A stretch of 43,734 nucleotides of DNA from IMG/VR virus record IMGVR_UViG_3300008255_000032, positions 1-43,734 of that record; one strand, 5' to 3'. Shown one piece after another: positions 1-9,603 of this stretch. The stretch's first letter is position 1, and each line of letters starts with the position of its first letter. The position numbers were made by a program, and so were the translations under genes. The DNA is from a virus. Taxonomy: Duplodnaviria; Caudoviricetes. The notes under the pieces are model-generated. The model did not search any database and was not told the origin of the DNA. It was given only the letters and a program-made list of their open reading frames with translations.

Positions 1-123
1 AAGGTGCATCCATGGACCGAGAATATTCTCGGAACAAAAGCGCCAAAGTCCCAGGCTCAGGGGTGTACGAACACCCCGAGTCAGGGCAACGAGCAATCGT
101 TCAAGGTGACCCACTTTGGGGCA
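1..123. repeat. Terminal direct repeat, left copy (circular closure overlap)
   Basis: AAGGTGCATCCATGG...CACTTTGGGGCA at 1-123 is identical to 43612-43734. Confidence 0.97.
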
Positions 124-581
124 ACACCATGGCCCAGGGCTTTGCCCGTCTAGGCTTTAAGTTCGTTCGTGAAGCAACTGAGGATGAAGTAAAAACTCTT
201 CCTGAGTTGGCAATGGACGCTCGTAAGGCTGAAGAGGGTAACCTCAAGGGTCTGTCCGCTCGTCTTGACGCACTGGAAACAGTTGCCGAAGACAACAAAA
301 CTCTTACTAACGAAGTAGCAGAACTTCGTGAAAAATTGGCGAAAGCCGAGGAAGAGAAGGCTGCTGCCGTCAAGGAAGCAACTAAAGTTGCAAAGGTTGA
401 GCAGAAGGACGCGAAAGCTACTTCTGACCACATCGCAAAAGCTGGTTCCGACCAGGTAAGTGATGCTCAGTCTCAATCTGCTGACTTGGCGAAAGCCGAT
501 GCTGTACGGGTCCAGAATGACCGCGAGCAAGCCAGTGGTGACACAAACACTAAAGTAACCCCTCAGAAAGAGAGTAAATAG
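12..581 (+). CDS. Coiled-coil virion-module protein downstream of the major capsid; true start lies across the junction at 43581
   Basis: ORF with Ala/Lys/Glu-rich coiled-coil C-half; in-frame upstream ATG at 43581 (MASEKYETPKEGASMDRE...) follows GGAAGGA. Confidence 0.75.
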   Translation: MDREYSRNKSAKVPGSGVYEHPESGQRAIVQGDPLWGNTMAQGFARLGFKFVREATEDEVKTLPELAMDARKAEEGNLKGLSARLDALETVAEDNKTLTNEVAELREKLAKAEEEKAAAVKEATKVAKVEQKDAKATSDHIAKAGSDQVSDAQSQSADLAKADAVRVQNDREQASGDTNTKVTPQKESK

Positions 582-583
582 AA

Positions 584-997
584 ATGGCAAACTCAACCAC
601 TCTATATAATTTGCCTGATGGCCGTCGTGCCGTCGATGTCACAGAGGCAAAAACCTTGGCTATCACAGACCAAGGCATCGTACAGGTCGTAAAGACTGAT
701 GCGATTGCTGTGACGCTACCAGCAACGGTAGTCGGATATAGCTTCACCGTGCAAAACGGCGGTGACGCCGCAACAGGCGCTCCAACAGGTTCAGGGTCTA
801 ACCACTCTTGCCTAGTCGAGCTTGCACCTGTGGCTGCCGACCTGATTGCGGGTGGACAAATTACCGCAGCTGATGACAAGAGCTACTTGAACACGAAGGC
901 TACGGCCAACGTGGGCGACGAAGTTACTGTTGTCGGTAACGGTACAACTGGTTGGAACATCACCGACCAAAAGGGTATCTGGGCTCGCGAAGCCTAG
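584..997 (+). CDS. Putative head decoration / minor structural protein
   Basis: 137 aa, Gly/Ala/Thr/Val beta-rich, second gene after capsid, followed by a terminator. Confidence 0.55.
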   Translation: MANSTTLYNLPDGRRAVDVTEAKTLAITDQGIVQVVKTDAIAVTLPATVVGYSFTVQNGGDAATGAPTGSGSNHSCLVELAPVAADLIAGGQITAADDKSYLNTKATANVGDEVTVVGNGTTGWNITDQKGIWAREA

Positions 998-1020
998 TCC
1001 CTGGTCACGACTGACCGCTC

Positions 1021-1054
1021 CAAAAAACAGCCTCCAATTATGGGGGCTGTTTTG
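1021..1054. terminator. Intrinsic terminator, probably bidirectional, closing the head operon
   Basis: AAAACAGCCTCCA-ATTA-TGGGGGCTGTTTT hairpin with A/T flanks. Confidence 0.8.
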
Positions 1055-1076
1055 ATATACTTGCATTAGCGAATTG

Positions 1077-1085
1077 TGATAGAAT
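1077..1085 (+). promoter_or_regulatory. Extended -10 promoter (TGnTAGAAT)
   Basis: TGATAGAAT between the terminator and the ATG at 1120. Confidence 0.55.
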
Positions 1086-1119
1086 AAATACATAAACGTA
1101 TAGAAAGATAAAAATACCC

Positions 1120-1584
1120 ATGGATAATCTTACTCAAGGAAAAATACAACAACTCTCAGCTCTCGGTTATTTCTCAGTCGAGAAAGTATCAACACTCGAT
1201 GGTGGTACTGCGAATGACCCAGGTGATTTCGACGGTACGGGGAACCCTCTTACTCTTTTCACGGTGACTGGTCGAGTTTTTGTTAAATTTTTTGCAGTTT
1301 GTGAAGTCAACCTAGCTGGTGCTTTAGGAACTATTGAAGTCGGTACGGCCTTGTCCACAACTGGACTTATTGCTCTAACTACGGGTACGGACATCGATGC
1401 TAACGAACTCTGGCATGATGCCACTCCTGATGCAAGTGTCGAACTTAGCTCGGTTCTTACCGAGAAGGTTATTTCCCAAGACATTATCCAAACTGTTCGT
1501 ACGGCCAATTTGACTGCTGGTCGCCTCCGATACTTCTGTCTCTGGAAGCCGATTAGTTCTGATGGTAATGTGGAGGCTGCATAA
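1120..1584 (+). CDS. Virion structural protein (beta-sandwich, decoration-like)
   Basis: 154 aa beta-rich ORF in the structural module. Confidence 0.55.
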   Translation: MDNLTQGKIQQLSALGYFSVEKVSTLDGGTANDPGDFDGTGNPLTLFTVTGRVFVKFFAVCEVNLAGALGTIEVGTALSTTGLIALTTGTDIDANELWHDATPDASVELSSVLTEKVISQDIIQTVRTANLTAGRLRYFCLWKPISSDGNVEAA

Positions 1585-2036
1585 TGCAAACAATCGAAAA
1601 ACCCAAAATTAAAGACAATGTTCGAATTCAGCTATTCGACAAGTCTGGTAAGTTAATTCAAGAAGAAACGATTCACAACCTCGTTGTGAACGCTGGGTTG
1701 GCTCACATAGCCGACCAACTAAGTTCTTCTCCTGGCCAGTCTGCAATGTCACACATGGCTATCGGTACGGGTGCGACTGCTGCTGCTGCTGGTGATACTA
1801 CTCTTGTGACCGAGCTTGATAGAAACGCACTCACCTCTCGAACTGATTCTGGTGCGGTTGTTACTTACGTTGGAACCTGGGCTGCTGGTGATGGTACTGG
1901 CGCAATTACCGAGGCTGGCATCTTAAATGCTGCTTCCGCTGGTACTCTGCTTGCTCGTGCTGTGTTCGCAGTTATTAACAAAGGGGCCAGCGATAGCCTG
2001 GTCATTACTTGGACATTAACTGTAGCAGCAGCATAG
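1584..2036 (+). CDS. Tail-collar/fibre-associated structural protein
   Basis: NLVVNAG, MAIGTG, ITEAGI.NAASAGTLLAR motifs typical of phage collar/fibre proteins; TAATG coupling. Confidence 0.7.
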   Translation: MQTIEKPKIKDNVRIQLFDKSGKLIQEETIHNLVVNAGLAHIADQLSSSPGQSAMSHMAIGTGATAAAAGDTTLVTELDRNALTSRTDSGAVVTYVGTWAAGDGTGAITEAGILNAASAGTLLARAVFAVINKGASDSLVITWTLTVAAA

Positions 2037-2047
2037 GAGGCTGAATC

Positions 2048-2977
2048 ATGGCCGATGCTCACAAAAACTTTGCCATCTCTACAGTGGTTACGGCTCCTTC
2101 TCCTGCGACATCGGGTACTTCTTTGGTGTCTGGTGCTGGCGAAGGTGCTTTATTCCCAACTCCACCATTTAATATGGTGGTCTGGCCGACCGCAGTTGCT
2201 CCTACGGCTGCAAATGCAGAGGTTGTACGCGTCACGGGTATATCGACCGATACTTTTACCATTGACCGCGAAGAAGAGGGCACAACGGCTCGTACAATCG
2301 TTGTAGGCGACCAAATTGCAGCCAACATTACTGCAAAGACTTTTACTGACATTGAAACCGCTCTAGTCGACCATATAGCCGATACCGTAGCTGCTCACGC
2401 TGCCACGGCCATTTCTAACACCCCTGCGGGTAGTATCGCTGCAACTACGGTCCAAGCAGCGATAGATGAGCTGGAGGCTGAGAAACAGCCCCTAGACAGT
2501 GATTTAACGACTATTGCTGGCCTCACGGCGACGACTGATAACTTCCTAGTTGCCGTTGCATCTGCCTGGTCCTCACGGACACCAGCACAAGTAGCTGCCA
2601 CACTACAAGCAGAAATAGGAAAACTTATGTACCCTATTGGCTGTATTTATACTTCAATCAACAGCACTAATCCTGCAACTTCACTCGGTTTTGGAACGTG
2701 GTCGGCTTTTGGTGCTGGTCGTGTGCCAGTTGGTTTTGATTCGGGACAGACAGAGTTTGACACCGATGAAGAAACTGGCGGTGCTAAAACCACTACCATA
2801 AGTCACACCCACACCATAGACCACACTCACACCGCTGCCGACAACACGAATGGTGGTGCGTATAATACTATTGGCTCCAGAACCTTTAGTGGAAATTCTG
2901 GCGCAATGAGCGCGAACAGCACCCCTTCCATCCTTCAACCATACATTGTGGTTCGTATGTGGAAAAGAACGGCCTAG
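2048..2977 (+). CDS. Tail fibre protein with gp10-C-like C-terminal domain
   Basis: TVQAAIDEL shaft motif, YPIGCIYTSINSTNP..GFGTW, GRVPVG, HTH repeats, LQPYIVVRMWKRTA; GGAGG RBS. Confidence 0.8.
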   Translation: MADAHKNFAISTVVTAPSPATSGTSLVSGAGEGALFPTPPFNMVVWPTAVAPTAANAEVVRVTGISTDTFTIDREEEGTTARTIVVGDQIAANITAKTFTDIETALVDHIADTVAAHAATAISNTPAGSIAATTVQAAIDELEAEKQPLDSDLTTIAGLTATTDNFLVAVASAWSSRTPAQVAATLQAEIGKLMYPIGCIYTSINSTNPATSLGFGTWSAFGAGRVPVGFDSGQTEFDTDEETGGAKTTTISHTHTIDHTHTAADNTNGGAYNTIGSRTFSGNSGAMSANSTPSILQPYIVVRMWKRTA

Positions 2978-2980
2978 CCC

Positions 2981-3745
2981 ATGTTTGGGGCTACCTACTT
3001 TGGACAACCGTACTTTGGCGGGTATCAGTTTTATGTCATTGTTGATGAATTCACCGAAGGCATCGCTGACAGCATTGAGATTGCCGATGTTATTTCTTTC
3101 AGCCTATCTAAGGCGGTCGCAGACAATATTACAGCTAGTGATAGTTTTGCGCGTATAGTTCAATTTGAGCGACTAGTAACTGATAGTGTGGAGCTCGCTG
3201 ATTCTTTGGTGAAGGCTGTTTCCGTTCAGGTAGAGGATGGTATTGAATTTAGCGATGAGACAGCCAAGGCTATTGGATTTACGCTGGACGACGACATCGT
3301 AACAGTTGCAGATATAATTGCTAAGGCTGTAGGGCTCAATAAATCTGACACCATTACGGTAGCTGACTTAATTACTAATATTGTCGATTGGGCGAGAGCA
3401 GTAAACGAAACGCTCCAAATGACAGATGCCTTTATAAAGAGCGTTGGCCTTAATAAATCCGAAACTGTTATTATTCACGATGAAAACGGCAAAGCTATTG
3501 AAATTAGTAAGGAAGATGTAATCGAAGTAGCTATTGCGATTCAAGCATCTAGGATAGCTTTGATTTTCCGAACCATAGGCACTGGCAACCCGAATCGTAG
3601 CGTAAATGACCCCAGCGATAATCGTACAATAGACGATTCTTCCGATAACCGTACCATAAATAATATGGCGGGTGAAAGAGATATGAATTCCGAAGATACT
3701 AGTGCTATACTAGATTCAGATTCTAACAGAAGGACATTGAACTAA
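2981..3745 (+). CDS. Repeat-containing fibre/collar protein
   Basis: MFGATYFG start, then ~19-aa pseudo-repeats (K.V...D.I...D). Confidence 0.6.
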   Translation: MFGATYFGQPYFGGYQFYVIVDEFTEGIADSIEIADVISFSLSKAVADNITASDSFARIVQFERLVTDSVELADSLVKAVSVQVEDGIEFSDETAKAIGFTLDDDIVTVADIIAKAVGLNKSDTITVADLITNIVDWARAVNETLQMTDAFIKSVGLNKSETVIIHDENGKAIEISKEDVIEVAIAIQASRIALIFRTIGTGNPNRSVNDPSDNRTIDDSSDNRTINNMAGERDMNSEDTSAILDSDSNRRTLN

Positions 3746-3746
3746 A

Positions 3747-4070
3747 ATGGCAGTCAGAAAAATAAAAATAGTAGAAGATAATACCGCTCCTCCAATCCTA
3801 TTGACAGCGGAGCGTGATAGCGTAGCTATCGATTTGACAGGCTGTACCGTTGATTTGATTTTGGCTAAGGGGTCGTCTATTACAAATACTGGCCACCAAG
3901 GTTGTACGCTTGTCACGCCGACATCTGGTCGTGTGCAATATGACCCAGTTACGGGTGACTTCGCGACTCCTGGCTCTTACAAAGCCGACCTTACAATTAC
4001 CTATGCTGACGGTAGTATTGAAACTCTTTTCGACCAACTTAAATTCCAGGTACGAAGGAGACTACAGTAA
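3747..4070 (+). CDS. BppU-N-like adaptor protein
   Basis: IDLTGCTV, GRVQY, GDFATPGSYKADLTITYADG pattern. Confidence 0.7.
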   Translation: MAVRKIKIVEDNTAPPILLTAERDSVAIDLTGCTVDLILAKGSSITNTGHQGCTLVTPTSGRVQYDPVTGDFATPGSYKADLTITYADGSIETLFDQLKFQVRRRLQ

Positions 4071-4783
4071 TGGCAAATACCCTTCTCAGTTATCGAACAG
4101 ACATTCGTGAAGACATCGACGACACGGATTATTCTGCTACTGTTATTGACCGCGCCATAAACGATTACATCAATGAAATCGCAATGCGTAGTAAGTACCG
4201 TAAGCTCGAGACGACTGATGAATTATTCATTTCTCAAGGTGATTACGAAGTTGAATTCCCTGACGATAAAATGATTTTGCTCAATATGTCTGTTACCAGC
4301 CCTACTCCAGCTCGCCGAATCATGGACAATTATACGGCGTACAATGATTTCATAAACAACAACCCTGGTTATGCTACGGTCGGCCAACAGGCAGTCGCAG
4401 GGCTTGATTGGACTGACTTCGGTGACGGTATGCGTCTTTCGGCCCCAGCTAGTGCCAGCACTACTGTTTTATGTGAATATATCAGAGTACCTTCCAAGCT
4501 CGAAGATGACGGTGACGAAAATGAGCTCGACCCGAACGACATGTATCACGAGATGTTTGTCGTTGGTGGCAAAGTTCGCGCCATGGAACGAAACGAAGAT
4601 TATGAAGAGGCTGCTGAAGAGCGCAAAAAACTAAGTGGCCGTGTCGTCAATGGTATTTATCGCCCAGGACTCGAAGAAATTTTCATCCGAAATGAAGGAC
4701 GGGGTGGTATTAAATCAGGACCAAACATCATGGGTACTGGCCGACACCACAGGGGCAAATATCGCGCAGATAGGGACTTCTAA
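4070..4783 (+). CDS. Head-tail adaptor / tail tubular protein A (T7 gp11 or P22 gp4-like)
   Basis: 237 aa, IDRAIND helix and Y...P..L..D.D motif, located before the nozzle gene. Confidence 0.65.
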   Translation: MANTLLSYRTDIREDIDDTDYSATVIDRAINDYINEIAMRSKYRKLETTDELFISQGDYEVEFPDDKMILLNMSVTSPTPARRIMDNYTAYNDFINNNPGYATVGQQAVAGLDWTDFGDGMRLSAPASASTTVLCEYIRVPSKLEDDGDENELDPNDMYHEMFVVGGKVRAMERNEDYEEAAEERKKLSGRVVNGIYRPGLEEIFIRNEGRGGIKSGPNIMGTGRHHRGKYRADRDF

Positions 4784-4785
4784 TC

Positions 4786-6738
4786 ATGGTCGGCAGTAGA
4801 AACGTCCTCGACGAGACTTACGACCTCCGCGGTCTGAATCTCGTGCTCCCCGACATGGTTAAACCCAACGGGGAATCTCCTTATGCCATCAATTTTCGTA
4901 TGTATGCTCGCGAGGAAGATGAAACCCGCGTGGCCATCCGAACTCGCAAAGGCTCAGAATTTTTGACTATTCCTGTTGGTGAAACACTCGATGCACAAAA
5001 CGTCGATACCGCCACAGGTGATTTGTCATTCTCCACCACTCGTATTTTGGCGCAACCGTTTACGGCGGGGGCCTCGGGCGCATTGACCCGAATGGACTTC
5101 GAGTTGAAGAAGGGCGTGGGCGCAACTGGTCATGTTATTGTCGAGGTTCGTGCCAACAATGGTGGTATTCCAGGAGCTTTAATCGGTTGCACCTCGATTC
5201 TCTCATCCGATATTACGGACGCTTATCAATATCTGCCATCTTATTTGATGGACGCTTCTAGCATTACTGATACTGTTCAATACTGGGCTTTGCTCTACGT
5301 TCAGGATAATGGCTCAGGTGAGTATTATGTTCGTCAGACGGCCGACAGTGGGGCTCTTGACCTTGAGAGCGCTAATGAGCAGTTGACGTGGAGCAGTATC
5401 GGAGCTTCATTCCGATTCAAGTCTTACCTAGCTAATGACGATGCGGTAAAAGGCTACATCAGAATCTATCCAAGCTCAGGCAACAAGCGAACCATTTTCG
5501 CAGCTGGTGATAGTGTTTACTCTGTCCAAGACAACGGTACGATTACTGTGATTTCAACGGCTATCAATGCTAGCGCCACCTTTGTTCGATTCGAATTCTT
5601 CAATGACCTCTTGTACTGGGTTGATGGCTTCGGCACACCAAAGCAATATAATCCTGTGAGTGGCGATGTGACATCAGTTACGGGTGCTCCGACAGGTGCA
5701 ACCCACCTTCGCGTCCACGCTGGTCGTATGTTCTTTATTCGTGATAAAACACTTGCTTCCTTCTCTGATTTGTATGACCCAAACAGCAACCCGAGCGTCA
5801 ACTTCTTCTACGTTCCAAGTCCAAAATCTAGTGACCCTGTGACTGCTTGGCGCGTGTTCCAAGATAACTTGCTTATTTGGACGTATGAAACAAAGCACAC
5901 TATTTATGGTAGTGAGATTAGCTCGTTTACCCGAAAAGAAGCCATCAGTACCAAAGGTGCTGTATCTGACGAAGCTGTGGCCGTGGACCGTAACTACGCC
6001 TTCTTCATGGCTGACGACGGACAGGTGTACGCATGGAATGGTACGTCTGATATTGATTGCTCTTCAAATAAGATGGGCCCAGAGTTTTCCGCAATTCCTG
6101 ACAAAAGCAAGGTCCGCTTCCATCTCTATCGTAATCAGCTCCGTGTTTATTATCCTGGCCCAACTAGTTCTCAGAATGACCGAATGGCAATTCTTGACCT
6201 CGATAATAGTAACTTCAATACAAGAGATTTCCGCTGGTACAAAGACACTGGCCGAAACATTGTTGGTTCCTTGGAATGGAATCAGGACAACAATAATCCT
6301 TTGATTGAATTCTCTAGCAAAACTGCTACTATGTTCCGCGGTGAACGTACTGGTTCTGATGTTGGCAAGCCTATTGATTTCAAATACTGGACTGCCTACA
6401 AAACTTACGGTTCGGGCTCTGCTAAAAAGCGCGTCAAACGATTTAGACCAGTGCTTCGAACTGGTGATGCTGACTTTACCCTGTCCGTCGGTAAGGATAT
6501 GGACTTTGCCAATGACCCAGATATGCGAGCTTACATCGTTACTGGTGGTGGCGCAAAATGGGGTCAATTCATCTGGGGTGATGGCACACTCTTTGGCCGA
6601 CGCTCAATGATAGATAAGCCTTCTGCCATGAGTGGCCGAGGCAACCACATTCAGTATCGATTTGAACGGGAAGGTGTCGAAACTCCTGTCGAATTGTATG
6701 GCTATATTGCGCAAGTTAAAGTCGGAAAGCCGAGATAA
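4786..6738 (+). CDS. Tail tubular protein B / DNA stabilization nozzle (T7 gp12 or P22 gp10-like)
   Basis: 650 aa beta-propeller-like; N-terminal GLNL..P....GESP..IN and IRTRKG motifs. Confidence 0.75.
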   Translation: MVGSRNVLDETYDLRGLNLVLPDMVKPNGESPYAINFRMYAREEDETRVAIRTRKGSEFLTIPVGETLDAQNVDTATGDLSFSTTRILAQPFTAGASGALTRMDFELKKGVGATGHVIVEVRANNGGIPGALIGCTSILSSDITDAYQYLPSYLMDASSITDTVQYWALLYVQDNGSGEYYVRQTADSGALDLESANEQLTWSSIGASFRFKSYLANDDAVKGYIRIYPSSGNKRTIFAAGDSVYSVQDNGTITVISTAINASATFVRFEFFNDLLYWVDGFGTPKQYNPVSGDVTSVTGAPTGATHLRVHAGRMFFIRDKTLASFSDLYDPNSNPSVNFFYVPSPKSSDPVTAWRVFQDNLLIWTYETKHTIYGSEISSFTRKEAISTKGAVSDEAVAVDRNYAFFMADDGQVYAWNGTSDIDCSSNKMGPEFSAIPDKSKVRFHLYRNQLRVYYPGPTSSQNDRMAILDLDNSNFNTRDFRWYKDTGRNIVGSLEWNQDNNNPLIEFSSKTATMFRGERTGSDVGKPIDFKYWTAYKTYGSGSAKKRVKRFRPVLRTGDADFTLSVGKDMDFANDPDMRAYIVTGGGAKWGQFIWGDGTLFGRRSMIDKPSAMSGRGNHIQYRFEREGVETPVELYGYIAQVKVGKPR

Positions 6739-7166
6739 TGGGACCAGGATTACAATTACAAGGCAGAACTTTGCAGCGAATACCGCCAGCTGCATCAGTA
6801 CCCGAGATTACCGCGGTACTTAATGATGTTATAGACCGTTTGAATGACCAGCTTAAAACTCAAGTATATTCCGACTCTACTAGTAAGCGTTTCATTCAGG
6901 GCTTTGCTCCTGGACGTTGGCCAGGTGGTGATTTTGGTATTGCTATCAGTGCCGAAGGTCAAGACGTTTTGACCGTTGATTTTGACCAACTTATTTTTGC
7001 TTGGGACTTTTCCACCAACCAACAATACATCAGGGGCGGTAGACAGACATTTTATGACCCAACGACAGGTTTGGATATTGGTCAACAGGGAATTCTTCCA
7101 AACGGTGAGGGTGGTTCTGCCTGGTCCAAGGAAGGTGAGAGCGTTAATGGCGCTTTCGGAGTTTAA
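6738..7166 (+). CDS. Tail-associated hypothetical protein
   Basis: Coupled to nozzle gene; short coiled coil followed by beta region. Confidence 0.6.
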   Translation: MGPGLQLQGRTLQRIPPAASVPEITAVLNDVIDRLNDQLKTQVYSDSTSKRFIQGFAPGRWPGGDFGIAISAEGQDVLTVDFDQLIFAWDFSTNQQYIRGGRQTFYDPTTGLDIGQQGILPNGEGGSAWSKEGESVNGAFGV

Positions 7167-7168
7167 TT

Positions 7169-7630
7169 ATGACACCTGATAGAGACAAACTTCAATTCTA
7201 TACTGGTGACCCGATTGACAAAATCGTGGCTCCTTTGGTTCAACGTACTATTGTTAATGATGGTAACACTGGTGGTACTCTCGACTGGCAGACGGCCAAG
7301 ATTGTTGCTACGGATTATACAAATCCCTATGCAAAACAATGTTTCGTCAGAGGTCGTTGGTCTATCGACGACGGCGCAAGTTGGAACACTTTCGAGAGTC
7401 ACGACCTCTACACATTCACCATAAACTTGACTGGTACATTTTCTGGGACGCAAACAGGGCAAGGGCTTTTAGCTGCTGTTTCTATTGGTGTGAGTGCCAG
7501 CACTGTACGAATTCGAACGGCTAATGGCCATCATGGAACCGTCACCGTGGACACTGATACTAATGCTCAGTCGTACAGCCCGATTAGTCACACCTTCCTA
7601 ATTGAATATGAATTGTTTGAGGTAGAATAA
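7169..7630 (+). CDS. Small tail protein (PDxxKL N-terminus, copy 1)
   Basis: 153 aa beta-rich ORF in tight operon. Confidence 0.6.
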   Translation: MTPDRDKLQFYTGDPIDKIVAPLVQRTIVNDGNTGGTLDWQTAKIVATDYTNPYAKQCFVRGRWSIDDGASWNTFESHDLYTFTINLTGTFSGTQTGQGLLAAVSIGVSASTVRIRTANGHHGTVTVDTDTNAQSYSPISHTFLIEYELFEVE

Positions 7631-7971
7631 TGGAACCTGATTTAAATAAACTCAATTCCTACAGTGGCGTGAACTATATGAAGCGCAGTGATACGAGTGG
7701 TCAGTCAACGATAAATACGGCAGACTTGCCTATATCTCACAACCTGAATTACACTCCTCAATTTGTTATTTATGCAGACTTAGATGGCGATGGCTTTTTA
7801 TGGTACGGTGGTGAGAAAGTATTTGAAGGAACGAATTCAACTTCATTTTTTGCTAGCCCACCTCCACTCGTTGACTCTTGGATAACTGATACAACATTAA
7901 CAATGCACCCATACAATTTCTCGGCAGCTCGAGCAATTCATTGGTTAATTTATTTGGACTACGGAGCATAA
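7630..7971 (+). CDS. Small tail protein (PDxxKL N-terminus, copy 2)
   Basis: ISHNLNYTP motif seen in fibre-tip domains; coupled start. Confidence 0.6.
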   Translation: MEPDLNKLNSYSGVNYMKRSDTSGQSTINTADLPISHNLNYTPQFVIYADLDGDGFLWYGGEKVFEGTNSTSFFASPPPLVDSWITDTTLTMHPYNFSAARAIHWLIYLDYGA

Positions 7972-7972
7972 T

Positions 7973-8410
7973 ATGGCAGACCCAGATTTGACAAAATTAC
8001 AATCGACATCCCTCAATCAGGGGTTTAAAAACAATGCAGAATACACTGGCAGTTTCGTTTTAAGTGGTAGTTTTAGTGATGGAAGTAAAGAGATAACTCA
8101 ATCCATCACCCTACCAGCTAATGTAGTATTGGCTGATGTCTTGTTTCAAGGACGTGCTGATGGTGGTTTCGCTATCCCTACTGACGACCCTCGACCAAAC
8201 GCTGCTTGGTTTAAAAGGGGCAATGTATGGGCTCGAACTGACGACTCGGGTGCTGGTTATACGAACTATCCGATGCCATTTATTCTTGGTGCGCGTATCG
8301 AGGGTAATCAGTTGATTATCTCAGCTAATGCATTTAAGACATTTATTGCAAATCTAACAATTACAAGCGAAACCGTTTACTATAAAGTTATTGACTACTC
8401 AGTTTTCTAA
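7973..8410 (+). CDS. Small tail protein (PDxxKL N-terminus, copy 3)
   Basis: 145 aa beta-rich ORF, GGAG RBS. Confidence 0.6.
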   Translation: MADPDLTKLQSTSLNQGFKNNAEYTGSFVLSGSFSDGSKEITQSITLPANVVLADVLFQGRADGGFAIPTDDPRPNAAWFKRGNVWARTDDSGAGYTNYPMPFILGARIEGNQLIISANAFKTFIANLTITSETVYYKVIDYSVF

Positions 8411-8446
8411 CTTATGCTAAAATAACACTAGAAGGAAAACAAAAAG

Positions 8447-8887
8447 ATGCAATCAATTACCGAGAAATTTTTAAGCAGAGTAGAGAAGACAGCAACTTGT
8501 TGGCTCTGGTTCGGTTTCGTGCAGCTAAATGGTTATGGACAATATCGACATAAACCCGCTCACGTTATTGCTTATGAGCTTTTCATAGGCGAAATTCCTG
8601 AAGGTCATCAAATTGACCATACTTGCAATACTAGAGATTGTGTAAATCCTGAACATCTTGAAGCGGTAACTCCTGGCGAAAACCAACGTCGGGCTTATTT
8701 GCGTGGACAGCCATTCCGAGGTGCTGTTGTTTTTCAAAGAGAGAAGACTCACTGTAAAAACGGCCATGAATTTGATGAGGCTAACACTTATCATCGTCCT
8801 GGCAACAAACGTGGCTGCAGAACATGTCTAAGGGCTTCCAACCTACGATTCTTAGAAAGGAAACAAAGTTATGCCACCGCAAGTTAG
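8447..8887 (+). CDS. HNH homing endonuclease with C-terminal zinc finger
   Basis: CWLW, AHVIAYE, IDHTCNTRDCVNPEHLEAVTPGEN, KTHCKNGHEF...CRTC. Confidence 0.9.
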   Translation: MQSITEKFLSRVEKTATCWLWFGFVQLNGYGQYRHKPAHVIAYELFIGEIPEGHQIDHTCNTRDCVNPEHLEAVTPGENQRRAYLRGQPFRGAVVFQREKTHCKNGHEFDEANTYHRPGNKRGCRTCLRASNLRFLERKQSYATAS

Positions 8888-9599
8888 AGACTTACAATCA
8901 CTCATAGCCGAACAGAACACAGCACTCAATCCGCAATACCAGTTGCTAGATGCTGACATCGCGAGTAATGCTACTGCTGGCGCAGCTCAAGAAGCTGGTT
9001 TAGCTGCTAAAAAGAACACAGCATTCAAACAAATTGGTCAAGCATCCCAGGACAAAAATATGTTCTTTTCAGGCTTCTCGCCAAATGAAGAGGCCGAATA
9101 CACTGCTGGGACGTATCTTCCTGCCTTGGCTCAGCTCCAGGCAACTATCGCAAGTACTCGTTCTAATCTACTCGGCAAGAAAGCCGAACTTGGCAAATCT
9201 GCCTTCGATACCGCCTTTCAAACTCGTGAAGGTGATGTTACCGCTAAGCGTACTTGGGACGCAGCCGAAACTCAGCGACGCTGGGAAGAGAGCCAAGCTG
9301 CTCAAGAACGAGACTTCAAAGCTGCCGAATCATCCAAGGACCGCGCAGCTGCAGCAGCCCAGGCAGCTCGAGCGACCGCAGCTGGCAACGCTACTTCCGC
9401 TGCTCAGGCATTGGACGCAGACCGTAAAGCACTTGCTGGAGAATTATTCCAGGTCACAGGTAGCGACGGATTCGTTTCTCCAGGTAGTTATCAAAAAGCT
9501 AAGAATGCGTGGGTAGGAAGCGGTTACGACGCTAAGACGTTTGATGCCAACTTCGCGTCATTCAGGAACCCAGGCAATAAGAATTACAAGTTAGGATAG
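8871..9599 (+). CDS. Internal virion / DNA ejection protein
   Basis: Ala/Gln-rich helical protein preceding the large ejection protein. Confidence 0.6.
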   Translation: MPPQVRDLQSLIAEQNTALNPQYQLLDADIASNATAGAAQEAGLAAKKNTAFKQIGQASQDKNMFFSGFSPNEEAEYTAGTYLPALAQLQATIASTRSNLLGKKAELGKSAFDTAFQTREGDVTAKRTWDAAETQRRWEESQAAQERDFKAAESSKDRAAAAAQAARATAAGNATSAAQALDADRKALAGELFQVTGSDGFVSPGSYQKAKNAWVGSGYDAKTFDANFASFRNPGNKNYKLG

Positions 9600-9603
9600 G
9601 GTT

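Noticed and set aside
1-123. End repeat as a biological T7-like terminal repeat
   Set aside because: It falls inside a coding gene and is best explained as assembler circular overlap; real termini are more plausibly near 34.7-35.2 kb
2048-2977. Diversity-generating retroelement or invertible fibre cassette
   Set aside because: No reverse transcriptase, recombinase or template/variable repeat pair recognised
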